64,000 nucleotides of DNA from an uncultured delta proteobacterium. GTDB lineage: Bacteria; Myxococcota; Myxococcia; Myxococcales; Myxococcaceae. The DNA is taken from NCBI GenBank assembly GCA_963771175.1, contig CAVYSY010000032.1:128001-192000 (forward strand), given 5' to 3'. Under the pieces are notes generated by a model, which saw only the letters and a program-made list of their open reading frames with translations, was not told the origin of the DNA and ran no database searches. Below are positions 32,701 to 47,601 of this stretch, piece after piece. The position numbers were made by a program, and so were the translations under genes. Position 1 is the stretch's first letter, and every line of letters starts with the position of its first letter.

Positions 32701-34325
32701 TTACCGGTTCATCGAGCCGAGGAATTCGGCGTTCGACGCCGTCGGACGCATGTGCTTGAGCACAAATTCCATCGCGTCGATCGGCGTGAACGGGTGCAGC
32801 ACCTGACGCAGCGCGGTGATCCGGATGAGGTCCGACTGGGACAGGAGCAGCTCCTCCTTGCGCGTACCGGACTTGTTGATGTCCAGCGTCGGGAAGATGC
32901 GCTTCTCCATCAGCTTGCGGTCCAGGACGATTTCCGAGTTACCGGTGCCCTTGAACTCCTCGAAGATGACCTCGTCCATGCGGCTGCCGGTGTCGATGAG
33001 CGCGGTGCCGATGATGGTGAGGCTGCCGCCCTCCTCGATGTTGCGCGCGGCGCCGAAGAAGCGCTTGGGCTTGTGCAGCGCGTTGGCGTCCACGCCGCCG
33101 GACAGAATCTTGCCCGAGGGCGGCACCACCGTGTTGTAGGCGCGCGCCAGACGGGTGATGGAGTCGAGCAGGATGCACACGTCGTGCTTCTGCTCGACCA
33201 GGCGCTTGGCCTTGTCGATGACCATCTCGGCCACCTGCACGTGACGCGTGGCGGGCTCGTCGAAGGTGGACGACGACCACCTCGCCGCGCACGTTGCGCT
33301 CCATGTCCGTCACTTCCTCGGGCCGCTCGTCCACGAGCAGCACGATGAGGTAGACGTCCGGGTGGTTCTTGCGCGATGGCGTGCGCGATGTTCTGCAGCA
33401 GCACCGTCTTGCCCGCCTTCGGCGGCGCCACGATGAGGCAGCGCTGGCCCAGGCCGATGGGGCAGAACATGTCGATGATGCGCGTGGTCATCTCCGACCC
33501 CTCGTGCTCCAGCTTGAGCTTGCGGGTCGGGTAGAGCGGCGTGAGGTTGTCGAAGAGGATGCGCTCGCGGGCCGCCTCGGACTGCGGGTCGGCGAAGTTG
33601 ATCTTGTCCACCTTCTGCAGCGCGAAGAAGCGCTCGCCCTCGCGCGGCTGGCGGATGGGGCCCGTCACCGTGTCGCCCGGCCGCAGGTTGAAGCGGCGCA
33701 CCTGCGACGGCGAGACGTAGATGTCGTCCGGGCTCGGCTGGTAGTCGCTGTCCGCGCTGCGCAGGAAGCCGAAGCCGTCGCTCGAGCAGCTCCATCACGC
33801 CCTCGGCGTGCACCTCGAACTTCTTGTCCGCGATGCCCGACAGCAGCGCGAAGATGAGGTCCTGCTTCTTCAGGCCCTGGTAGCCCTCGATGCCGAAGTC
33901 GTGGGCCATCTTCGCCAGGTCGGTGATCTTCATCCGCTTCAGGTCATTGAGCTTGATGACCTGCATCGGCGCGCCATCGCGCGTCACCTCGGTGACGACG
34001 GGCGCCTCGACCGGCTCGGGAGCGGCGGGCTGCTCGCCGGGTTCCTCTTGACCTCGGCGGCGCGAACCTCCTGGTACTCCTCGTCGCGCACGGGGTGGGA
34101 GGGGATGGGCGTCAGCACCGGGCGTGGCGTCTCGGCGACCTCGGTGGACGCAGAGGCCTCGACCTCGGTGTCCTCTTCCCGACGGGCCGCCGTCCGGCGA
34201 CGCGCCGGCTTCTCGGTGTCATCCCGGTCCGCCGCCTTGGCCCGCGTCGTGCGACGCTTGGGCTTCTCCTCTTCGGAGGGAACGACTTCCAGGACCTTCT
34301 CTTTGGGGGAACGGGCTTTGGCCAT
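32701..34325 (-). CDS. rho: Transcription termination factor Rho with N-terminal charged extension (frameshifted)
   Basis: [60 protein letters not shown] and [10 protein letters not shown]. Confidence 0.96.
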
Positions 34326-34500
34326 GATTCAGGGGGGGCTTGCTGGCAGGCGCCCGGAGGGGCGCGCACAGCGATGACGTGGAAAATGTCCGTGGGGTAC
34401 GCGAGACGCGAAACACCCTCAGGGGGACACCCGGGCTCCCGTCTCTTGCCGGGACCTCACGAGTGGTGGAACCTTGGTACTGGGAAGAGATGGCGCCTGA

Positions 34501-37417
<2,917 letters not shown>

Positions 37418-37990
37418 CCCCGGAGGAGCCCTGGCTCCTGGCCGGCCGGCAGGCCTCCCGTGCTGCCGACCGGCCGACATTTTCCATGTCTCGCCTTTAC
37501 AGGTCGTATCAGGCGTGAAAACCTTTTGGCGTTTTCGGGGCTTGGGACGTTCTACCGAGGGTGGAGCGTTTGGGCCTCCAGGAGATTTTTGAGACGGGTG
37601 CGTTCCCGGCATACCAGGGCGCGCCGGCTGCACCGGGCCTCTATCGCCCCCCCAAGGCGCCCACGGATGGGCACCGACCGGGTGAGGAAGGAAGAGGCTG
37701 GGCGGCACGGGCGTCAGGGGTCCTCGAACGCTCGGTACGGAAGCAAGTCCCCGCCCGGCAGGGTGCCGGACAGCCGCGGGGCGACATGAACTCGGAGGAG
37801 CAGGTCGTGGTCCCCTCAACCTTCACCCGTGCGGAGACAGCCGGCCCCCGGAGATTCGGGCCGTCGCCTACCCGCGTGCGTGAAGGAGCCGGGGCCGCCT
37901 CTCCCCTCGCAGCGCGCTCGGAAGCGGGAGACGCCGTCGCCTCCCGTCCGCCGGAGCTCACGCATCCGCGCGCGCGCCCAGGATTCATCA

Positions 37991-40641
37991 ATGAGCAGCA
38001 TCCTCGTCATCAACGCGGCGGGCCGGGAGACCCGCGTGGCGCTCGTCGAGAACGGCCACATCGCGGAGTTCTACCTCGAGCGTAAGAAGGACAAGGGCGT
38101 CGTCGGCAACATCTACAAGGGTCGCGTGGTCCGGGTGCTCCCGGGCATGCAGGCGGCCTTCGTGGACATCGGGCTGGAGAAGGCCGCCTTCCTCTACGTC
38201 AGCGACGTCGTCTACGACCCGGACTTCGCGCGCGCCCAGTTCGAGCTGACCGAGGGCGAGCACGACGAGGACGCCCCGGACGTGCCCGAGGAGTCGGAGG
38301 CCGTGGCCGCCGAGGCCGCCCACGACGCCGGCGCCGACGTGCAGGCCGAGGTCCACGAGCACGCCCACCAGCGGCGAGGTGGCCGAGCGTCGCGTCCAGG
38401 AGCCGGAGCCCCAGCCGCAGGAGCCGAGCGCCGCGCCGAGGAGCCCGAGCGTCGCGCCGAGGAGCCCAGCGCGCCGTCCGCTGAGCGGCGGCCGCGCCGG
38501 CCGAGCCCGGTCCGTCGTCACGGCCACGCCCGAGCCGATGAGCCGCTCCGCCGGTGCCGGAGGCACCGACGGAGGCCGCGCCCGTGAGCGTGGCGGCCCA
38601 GGCGTGCCTCGGAGCCGGTCGCGGCGATGCCCGCCACCGAGGGCTCGGTGGCCCTGGCGCTCCCGCCGGAGCCGACCCCGGTGACTCCGAGCGAGCCCGG
38701 CGCCGCGGCGGCCCCCGCCCCTGCGCAGACCGAGACCGCCCCGCGCCCGGCGAAGCCCGAGACGGCCGCCGGTGAGCGCCGCGCCCCGCGTGAGCACCGC
38801 GAGGCCGCCCGCGAGGCCCGCGAAGGCCGCCGCGAGCAGAAGGACCGCGAGCGCGAGAAGGATCGGGAGAAGGACAAGGGCCGCAAGCAGCGCGAGGAGC
38901 AGCAGCGCAAGCGCGACGAGGAGAAGTCCAAGCCGCGCAAGTCGGCGAAGATCGAGGACCTGCTGAAGGTGGGCCAGGAGGTCGTGGTCCAGATCTCCAA
39001 GGATCCCATCGGCACCAAGGGCGCGCGCCTCACCTCGCACATCTCCATCCCGGGCCGGCACCTGGTGTTCATGCCCACGGTGGACCACGTGGGCATCAGC
39101 CGCCGCATCTCCAACGAGAAGGAGCGCAAGCGGCTGCGCGAGATCGTCGACCGGCTGCGCCCGCCCGGGACCGGCTTCATCGTGCGCACGGTCGCGGAGA
39201 ACGTGCCGCAGGAGAAGCTGGAGACCGACATCCGCTTCCTCATCGAGGTGTGGAACCAGGTGGTGCGCCGCAACGAGAAGCGCGGCGGCCCCGGCCTGCT
39301 GCACCCGGACCTCGACCTCATCCTGCGCGCCACGCGCGACCTCTTCGCCGCACGACGTGGAGAAGCTGGTCGTCGACGACCGCGAGGAGTACGAGCGCAT
39401 CCTCGGCTTCGTGACCGCGCAGGACCCGGCGCTCAAGGACCGGGTGGTGCTCCACGAGTCGGACGAGCCCATCTTCGACGCCTACGGCATCGAGCAGGAG
39501 ATCAGCCGCGCCACCCAGCGCAAGGTGTGGCTCAAGAGCGGCGGCTACCTCATCATCGACCAGGCCGAGGCGCTCACCGCCATCGACGTCAACTCCGGCC
39601 GCTACGTCGGCAAGAAGAGCCTCGAGGAGACGATCACCAAGATCAACGTCGAGGCGGCCAAGGAGATCGTCTACCAGCTCCGGCTGCGCAACATCGGCGG
39701 CATCATCATCTGCGACTTCATCGACATGGAGAAGCCGCAGAACCGCGACAAGGTCTTCAAGGCGCTGCAGGAGGCGCTGGGCCGGGACAAGGCCAAGACG
39801 AACGTGCTGCGCATCTCCGAGCTCGGCCTGGTGGAGATGACGCGCAAGCGCGTGCGCGAGTCCATCGGCCGCATGCTGCACGAGGACTGCGCGTACTGCG
39901 ACGGCCAGGGCTTCGTGAAGACGGCCACCACGGTGGCCTACGAGATCTTCCGGGAGATCCGCCGCGAGGCGCCGGACTACAAGGACCCCACGCTGGTCGT
40001 CAACTGCAACGCCGAGGTGGCGCGGCTGCTCCAGGGCGAGGAGCGGCAGGAGCTGCGGCACCTGATGGACCGCTACAACAAGTCCATCCAGGTGAAGGCG
40101 CAGCAGAACTACCACCGCGAGCAGTACGACATCTACGGCCGCAGCGCGCAGGGCGGGGACCACAAGGTGGCCTCGTCGCCGGGCTCGGGTGATGGCGAAC
40201 TGTCGATGCAGCGTCGGCCCGAGAGCGGCGGTGGCGAGCGCGGCTTCCGCTCCGAGGGTGGTGGCCGCGACCGGGGCGGAGACCGGGGTGGCCGTGACCG
40301 CGACCGGGGTGGTGACCGCGACCGCGGTGGTGACCGTGACCGGGGCGGAGACCGGGGCGGCCGTGAGCGCGATCGGGGTCGGTGAACGGGGCGAGCGCGA
40401 CCGGGGTGGTGACCGGGGTGCCCGTGACCGCGACCGGGGTGGTGACCGCGGCGGCCGTGAGCGCGACCGCAACCGGGGTGGCGAGCAGCGTCGGCCCGAG
40501 CAGCGCGAGGGGCGTGGTGGACAGCAGCCCCAGCAGCAGCAACAGCAGGCGCAGTCCGGTGGCGAGCAGGCGCAGTCCACCGGCGGCACCCCGCCGACGT
40601 CCTCTGGCGGCGGCGGCAACGAGTCCGGCGGCAATAGCTGA
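37991..40641 (+). CDS. rne: Rne/Rng family endoribonuclease with large insertion in the S1 domain and disordered C-tail (frameshifted)
   Basis: GNIYKGRVVRVLPGMQAAFVDIG, KDPIGTKGARLT, AIDVNSG, LRNIGGIIICDFIDM and CAYCDGQG Zn-link. Confidence 0.92.
40255..40482 (+). repeat. Low-complexity coding repeat encoding DRGG/RDRDRGG units
   Basis: Multiple GACCG(G/C)GG(T/C)GG(T/A/C) units in the rne 3' end. Confidence 0.85.
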
Positions 40642-40647
40642 GCTCGA

Positions 40648-40673
40648 CGGGCCCTCTCGCTCTGAGAGGCCCG
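40648..40673 (+). terminator. Hairpin immediately after rne stop (possible terminator or processing stem)
   Basis: CGGGCCCTCTC-GCTCT-GAGAGGCCCG; no U-tract. Confidence 0.4.
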
Positions 40674-40751
40674 GGGAGGGTACGGACCCCATCGGTCGAG
40701 CCTCCCCCACTGGCCGAGCCTCCCTGGCATTGGCTAGCCTGGGCCCACCGG

Positions 40752-42166
40752 ATGCGGTCCTTCATTCCCCTCTTCCTTCAGCGACTGCACGCCCACGCAC
40801 TCGAGTGGGCCCGCCGCACCTGGGCCCCGCTGTCGCGGACGCGGACAGGCCGCTTCGCGGCGGACACGGTGCTGGCGGTGCGGACCCTGGCGCGCGGTTT
40901 CCAGGGCGAGAACATCCGACTGCGGGCCGCGGCGCTCACCTACATCAGCATCTTCTCGCTGATTCCGCTGCTGACGGTGGTGCTGGCACTGCTGGGGGCC
41001 TACCACCAACAGTCCTTCCAGCGAGCGCCTCCGGGAGCTCATCTTCGCGGTGCTGGCCCCCGGCGTGCGCGAGGAGTCGGCGGCCTTCCTCGAGCGCTTC
41101 CTGCAGCCGGGCCACACGACGGCCATCGGGAGCGCGGGCTTCCTCGGTCTGCTCTTCTCGGCGGGCTCGCTGCTGCAGAACATCGACGTCTCGCTGAACG
41201 AGATCTGGGGCGTGAAGAACCAACGCCCGTGGCTGGTCCGCACGCTCACCTACGCGGGGCTGCTGCTGCTGGGGCCGCTGATGCTGGCCATCTCGTTCGC
41301 GGGGACGGGCGTGGTGCGCTCCTTCCTGGAGGGCACCCACACCCCACTCTTCCTGGACCTGTTCGAGCTGCTGTTCGGCGCCCTGTCTCCCCTCGCGGCG
41401 GTGGGTGGGCTCACCCTGCTCTACTACGTGACGCCCAACACGCACCTGCGCATCCGGTCGGCACTGGCCGGCGGACTGGTGGCGGGCGCGGCCTGGAGCG
41501 TGGCGCGGCAGGTGTACACGGAGGCCGCCGCGTACAGCTTCCGCCACAACCCGCTCTACGCCTCGCTGGGCGCCCTGCCCATGTTCCTGGCGTGGCTGTA
41601 CGTGGACTGGCTCCTCATCCTCATTGGCGCCCGTCTCTCCTACGTGGTGGAGCACGCCACCTTCCGGGACTCGCTGTGGGCCTTCGGGGCCCACCCCCGG
41701 GCGCGGGAGCTGGTGGGCGCCCGGATTGCCCAGGAGAGCACGCTGGTCTGGTTCGACGGAGGGACGCCCCGCCCTCCCCCGGGAGCTGGCCCTCCGCCTC
41801 CGGGTCGCCGAGTCGCTCGTCCACGAGGTGGTGGACGACATGGAGCGGGCGGGCCTCATCGAGCGCCATCGCCGAGGAGGCATCCTGCCGGCCCGCCCAC
41901 CGGCCGAGCTCACGCTGGCCGACGTGACGCTCGCCGTCCACGGCGTCTACAACCCCTCCGAGCCCGATGCTCCGAACACCCCACGAGCCCCCGGCTTCGA
42001 GCCGGTGGACGCCTTCTTCAGCGAGGCGGACCGCTCCGGCCTCGACGTGCTGCGCCGGACCCGGTGGCTGGACCTCGCCATCCTGGTGCGCCCCGGGCTC
42101 GCGACGGAGGAGGCGATAGCTGCCCCGGCACCGGCCCCAGCCGCGACTGGAAGCGGAAATCCGTAA
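40752..42166 (+). CDS. YihY/BrkB family inner-membrane protein with C-terminal Rrf2-like winged helix (two frameshifts)
   Basis: RAAALTYISIFSLIPLL, LNEIWGV, LYYVTPN, YASLGALPMFLAWLY; C-terminus RELALRLRV...MERAGLI...GGILPARPPAELTLADV. Confidence 0.85.
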
Positions 42167-42196
42167 CGTTTCTGGGAGGTTGGCGGGCCTCGTGGC

Positions 42197-42224
42197 TTGC
42201 ACGCGGGATTCGTTCTGTTATCGT
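42197..42224 (+). promoter_or_regulatory. Possible sigma70 promoter for the IHF/HU gene
   Basis: TTGCAC-N16-TATCGT with TG extended -10, in an AT-richer intergenic patch. Confidence 0.4.
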
Positions 42225-42290
42225 TTCGGCATTCGACCACGGGCCAAGCGCCCTGTTTCCGAGGGGTTACGCGGTTTGCGGGAGCGAGCG

Positions 42291-42633
42291 ATGCTCAAGT
42301 CCGATCTGATCAACATCCTCGTCGCCAAGCGGGGCATGACCCAGAAGCAGGCCGAGGCCACGATCGAGACGATCTTCGAGTCGATGAAGGAGGCGCTCTG
42401 CCGCGGGGAGAACATCGAGATCCGCGGGCTGGGCGCCTTCCACGTGAAGAACTACCAGGGCTACCAGGGCCGCAACCCCAAGACGGGCCAGGTCATCCCG
42501 GTGAAGCCCAAGCGCGGGCTGCTCTTCCGCACGGGCAAGGAGCTGCGCGACCGGGTCAACCGGCCCGCGCCCCAGACCGCCGCAGGCCGACATCTCCTGC
42601 AACCCCAAGAGCGGCAGCGGCAGCAACTGCTAG
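42291..42633 (+). CDS. HU/IHF family nucleoid protein (IHF-beta-like; end approximate, probable indel in tail)
   Basis: MLKSDLI...IEIRGLGAF...GRNPKTG...FRTGKELRDRVN. Confidence 0.9.
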
Positions 42634-42642
42634 CCGGCCCGC

Positions 42643-44746
42643 TCAGCGCCTCATGCGGCACGGCGCGACGAGCCGCCCGAGCGGGCGGATCTGCAGGTCC
42701 AGGTCGAGCTCGCCGTAGGTCAGCACCGCCACGTCGGGGAACGCGCCCTCGCACAGCTTGCGCAGCGGGCGCCGCACGTCCGGCGCGGTGAGGCAGCACG
42801 GCGTCCGCCGCCGGCGGCGATGCGCCGCACCCCCTCGAGGATCGCCGCCACCCGCTCGGGCTCGGGCGCCGGCCCGCGAGGCCCCGTGGCGCGCAGCGTC
42901 TCCTCGATCGCCGGGTCCACCAGGTAGGCGTACAGCGGCCCGGACGGGGCGTACTTGTGGCTGAGGTAGCGGTGCAGGGCCTGGCGGCAGCGCTCGGCGA
43001 GGGCCGTGGCATCCCCCTCGGTCGTGGGCGAGACCAGCGCCTCGAGGATGGCGCGCATGTTCCGGATGCTGACCTGCTCCTGCACGAGCTTGCGCAGCAC
43101 CTCGGTGAGCAGCGGCAGCGGCACCTTCTGGAGCGCCTCCTTCACCAGCGCCGGCGCCTGTGACTCGAGCCCGTCGAGCAGCCCCTGCACCTCCTGGACG
43201 CCGAGGAGCACCGCCGCGCGCGCCCGGACGAGGCTCCGCAGGTGCTCGGCGATGAGCTCCCCCGGGCGCCGCACCGCGACCTGCGCCATCTCCAGGCGCT
43301 GCGCGCCCGTCCTCCGGCACCCGGCTGATGGGCCTGCCGGTGGCCGGGTCCACCGCGGGCTCCGCCTTCACCTCGAGGAAGGCGAGCTCCTCCGGCTGCG
43401 CCAGCGCGTAGAGCGCCCCGGGCACGACCTGTCCCATCCGCCGCGGGGACCTCGTCCACCAGGATGCGGTAGGTGCCCGCCGGCAGGTACGCGGCGTCGG
43501 TGCGGACGCGGATGCCCGGCACCCGCACGCCGAGCTCGAAGAAGAGCTCGTCGCGCAGCCGGTTGAGCTCCTGGTGCACGAAGGCGCCGCCCTGCTCCTG
43601 CGCGATGGGCGTGAGATCCGGCGCGAGGTCGAGGGTGAGCGGGGACACGCCCACCGGCGCCACCGTGCTCTCCGGGGGCGCTCCCGGTCCGCCTTGAGCC
43701 GCCGCTCCTGCCTCGGGCTTGCCCGTCGGCCGGCTCCGCGGCGGCGTCCTCCTCCGCGGCGGCGGCCTTCACGTACTTGAGGCGCATGCGCGAGTCCTCC
43801 CAGCGGCAGCGCCCAGCCCGAGGAACGTCAGGTGCGGCATCCCCGGCATCGCGGCGAGGGCCACGCACAGGCCGGCCACGACCCAGAGCGCCTTGCGACT
43901 CGCCGAAGAACTGCGCGCCGATCTCCGCGCCCAGCGAGTCGTCCTCCTTCTCGGAGGCCACGCGCGTGACCACCAGGCCCGCGGCGACCGCGATGCACAG
44001 CGAGGGAATCTGCGAGACCAGGCCGTCGCCGATGGCGATGAGCGCGTAGGTGCGAGGCCGCCTCGGCCAGCGTCATCCCGTTCTGCAGCACGCCGATGCA
44101 GATGCCGCCCAGGAGGTTCACCGCGACGATGACCAGGCCGGCGATGACGTCGCCCTTCACGAACTTCATCGCGCCGTCCATCGCGCCGAACATCTGCGAC
44201 TCGCGCTCGAGGTCGCGCCGCCGCGCGCGCGCCTGCGCCTGGTCGATGGCCCCCGCGCGCAGGTCGGCGTCGATGGACATCTGCTTGCCCGGCATCGCGT
44301 CCAGGGTGAAGCGCGCGGAGACCTCGGCCACGCGCTCGGCGCCCTTGGCCACCACCAGGAACTGCACCAGCGTGAGGATGGCGAAGATGACCGCGCCGAC
44401 GACGTAGTCGCCCGCGCACCACGAACTCGCCGAACGCCTGGATGACCTCGCCCGCGTGTCCCTCCGCGAGCGCCAGCCGGGTGGAGGAGACGTTGAGCGC
44501 GAGCCGGAAGAGCGTGGTGACCAGCAGCAGCGTCGGGAAGGACGTGACCTTCAGCGCGTCCCGCGCGTAGAGCGCCGCCACCAGCAGCGCCACCGCCGCC
44601 GCCAGGTTGATCGCGAGCCCCAGGTCGAGCAGCCAGGCGGGCAGCGGGACGATCAGCGCGCCGAGCATGGCGGCCATCGCCACGGCGAGCACCACGTCCG
44701 AGGACTTCGCGAGCCCGTCAGCGAGCATCTTCACCAGTTGGTTCAT
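42643..44746 (-). CDS. sctV: T3SS export gate SctV/FlhA family (multiple frameshifts)
   Basis: [63 protein letters not shown] and [13 protein letters not shown]. Confidence 0.93.
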
Positions 44747-45800
44747 GACGTCTGCCTCCGTGGACGGTCGTCCACGTCCGCGCTCCGTGCGCGACCCGCA
44801 GCACCGCCGCGGCGGCCTGGTACAGCTCCTCGGGGATCTCCTCGCCCACGTCGTAGTGGATGAGGCTGCGCGCCAGCGGCGATGTCCCGAACCACCGGGA
44901 TTCCCAGGCGAGCGGCCTCTCGCCGCAGTGCGAGCGCGTCCTCCTCGCGCGCCTTGGCCACGAGGTAGGGCGCCTCGCACTCCTCCGGGGCGTAGCGGAG
45001 CGCGACCGCGATGTGGGTCGGGTTGACGACCACGACGCGTCGGCCTTTTGCACCCCTCGTGCCGGGCCTCCCGGCGCCAGCTGCCGGTGCAGCGCCTTGC
45101 GCTGGCCCTTGTGGTGCGGGTCACCCTCGCTCTCCTTGTGCTCCTGCTTCACCTCCTCGCGGCGTCATCATCAGGTCCTTGACGTGCCGCCGACGCGCGA
45201 GCAGCGAAGTCCCCCACGCCCAGCACCAGCAGGACACACGCGAGCCGGGTGACGAGCGGCCCGAGCCGGTCCCAGGACAGCTCCAGCGCCAGACGTCCCC
45301 TCGCAGCCAGGCCGTGCGGAGCACGTCCGGTGCCGGCCTCCACGGCCGCGCTCCAGACGAGCCACACCACCACCGCGGCCACCAGCAGCGCCTTGCCCAC
45401 CTCGATGAGCGGCTCACGCTGAAGAGCGCTTCAAGCCCGCCGCCGGGTTGATGCGCTCGAGCTTCGGCGTCACGTGCTCCGCGTTGCAGCTCGAAGCCCG
45501 ACCGTGGCCACGGACACCGCCAGGGACGCCAGCAGCGCGCCGACCGAGCACGGGGCCCACCAGGAGCACCGGCATCGCGCCCCGCCTCTCCAAGGCCCCC
45601 GTGGGCTCGCTGGTCGAGCAGCAGCCGGGCCGTCCAGTCCTGCAGCCGCGCGAAGCCCGCGCCCGCCGAGGCGGTGAGGCCGAGCAGCTCCTCCGAGCGT
45701 CACCGCGCTGGAAGAGAGGAGCCGGCTGCGGGGCATCTGCCCCTTGCGGCGCGCCTCCCGCAGCCGCTTCGCGCGAGGGCTGCTCGGTCTTCTCGCTCAT
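44743..45800 (-). CDS. sctU: T3SS switch protein SctU/FlhB family (multiple frameshifts)
   Basis: MSEKTEQPS, PKLERINPAAGLKR, EHKESEGDPHHK, VVNPTHIAVALRY autocleavage motif and EEIPEELYQA. Confidence 0.9.
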
Positions 45801-46600
45801 CGCGCCAGCTCCGCCAGCCGCAGCAACGCGGCGTCCACCGAGAGGACGCCCGCGAGCAGCCGCTCACAGAGGATCCCCACGCCGAGCCACAGCAGCGCCG
45901 CCGCCGCCGAGGATGCGCAGCGGTGCGCCCACCTCCTGGAGGTTCACCTGGGGCGCGGCGCGCGAGGCCAGCCCGAGCGAAGCAGTCCACCGCCATCACC
46001 GCCGCCGCGACCGGCGCCCCCACCGCGAGCCCGGTGGCCATCGCGCCGCCGACCAGCGCCACCACGTGCAGCGCCGCCGCCTCGGTGGGCACGATACGCG
46101 CCCAGCCGCACCCACGCCGAAGCCACGCACCAGCCCCGAGAGGACGATGCGGCAGCAGCCCTCCCGTCACCACCAGCGCGACGAGCAGCTGGTAGAGCCC
46201 GTCGCCGGTGGCCGACTCGCGGCGTCCCGGCCACCGGCAGGCTCGCCTCCGCCGAGGTGCCGCGGAAGAGGTCGATGAAGCGCCCGCCCATGCGCGCCGC
46301 ATCGAAGGGCAGCGCCGCGACGAGCCCCACCGAGGTGCCCGTAGGCGAGCTCCTTCAGCGCCAGCGCCGCGCAGCTGCAGCGGCGTCTCCACGGGCGCCG
46401 GCAGCGCCACTCCCGCCACATGGTGCAGGAAGAGCGAGAGGCTCAGCACCAGGGCGAGCTTCACCGTCGTCGGAGCGGCCTGGCCTCCGAGCAGCGGGCA
46501 GAGGAAGGCGACCGGCAGCAGGCGCGCGGAGCACAGGGCCACGGCCACCACGTCGGGCCCCAGCAGCGTCGAACTGCGCGCGGAGGAGCGCGAGGTTCAC
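45797..46600 (-). CDS. sctT: T3SS export apparatus SctT/FliR family (frameshifted)
   Basis: ARLLPVAFLCPLLGG, ARMGGRFIDLFRG, RAAPQVN; position between sctS and sctU. Confidence 0.85.
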
Positions 46601-46866
46601 GCCGCCACCTCGGCGATGACCAGCAGGAGCTGGTGCGTGAAGCGGGTGAGCTGGCCGGCAATCCAGGGGCCGGCGAGCACCAGCGCCAGCACCGCCGCGC
46701 ACAGCTTGGGCACCACCGAGAGGGTGCTCTCCTGGATCTGGGTGGTGGCCTGGAAGAGGCTCATGAGGAAGCCCACCACCAGGCTCGCCCCGATGGGCGG
46801 CAGCGAGGCGAGGACCATCAGCAGCAGCGCCTCGCGGCCGAGCGAGAGCAGGACGTCCTGGGTCAT
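46597..46866 (-). CDS. sctS: T3SS export apparatus SctS/FliQ family
   Basis: Intact 89-aa ORF with VGFLMSLFQATTQIQESTLSVVPKL. Confidence 0.93.
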   Translation of the reverse strand: MTQDVLLSLGREALLLMVLASLPPIGASLVVGFLMSLFQATTQIQESTLSVVPKLCAAVLALVLAGPWIAGQLTRFTHQLLLVIAEVAA

Positions 46867-46870
46867 GGCG

Positions 46871-47601
46871 TCACCGGTACCCGAGGATCAGGCCCCGGGC
46901 GAGCAGCGCCCAGCCGTCCACGGCGACGAAGAGGAGGATCTTGAAGGGCAGGCTCACCTGACTCGGCGACAGCGACTGCATGCCCAGCGCGAGCAGGACG
47001 TTGGCGATGACCATGTCCAGCACCAGGAACGGCAGGAAGACGAGGAAGCCGATCTGGAAGGCCTCCTTGAGCTCGGTGATGACGAAGGCCGGGATGACCA
47101 CGAAGAGGTCCGTCCTCGTGGACCTGGTCGCGCCTCCTCCGGCGGCCGCAGCTCGCGCGCGAGGTCCACGAAGCGCGCCCGCTCCTCCGGCGCTGCCGTG
47201 CTTCACCAGGAAGCCGCGCAGCGGCTCGGTCACCTGCGCCGCGGCACGCGAGGAGCTGCGCACCCGAGCTGGGTCTCCTGGTAGGCCACCTGCCCCACGT
47301 CGTACATGCGCTCCATCACCGGCGCCATGATGTGGCCCGTCAGCACCGCGGCGAGCCCGGTGAGGACGATGGTGGGCGGCGCCTGCTGCGTGCCCATCGC
47401 CGAGCGCGCCAGCGACAGCACCACGGCGATCTTCGAGAAGCTGGTCAGCATCAGCACCGCGAAGGGCAGCAGCGACATCAGCGCCAGCATCCCCATCATC
47501 GACAGCGGGCTGCCAGCGAAGGACATCTGCGAGAACGACGGCTCCGCCGCCGAGGCCAGCCCCGGCACGAGGACGCTCAGGACGAGCAACGCGCGGCTCA
47601 T
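46871..47601 (-). CDS. sctR: T3SS export apparatus SctR/FliP family with N-terminal signal-like peptide (frameshifted)
   Basis: [40 protein letters not shown] and [15 protein letters not shown]. Confidence 0.93.

Noticed and set aside
32701..34325. Rho as the missing T3SS ATPase
   Set aside because: Related fold, but it has the complete Rho RNA-binding motifs and sits in a housekeeping context with ligA
37561..38085. 174-aa and 252-aa ORFs upstream of or extending rne
   Set aside because: Codon usage looks atypical and there are no motifs; Rne homology begins at MSSILVIN (37991)
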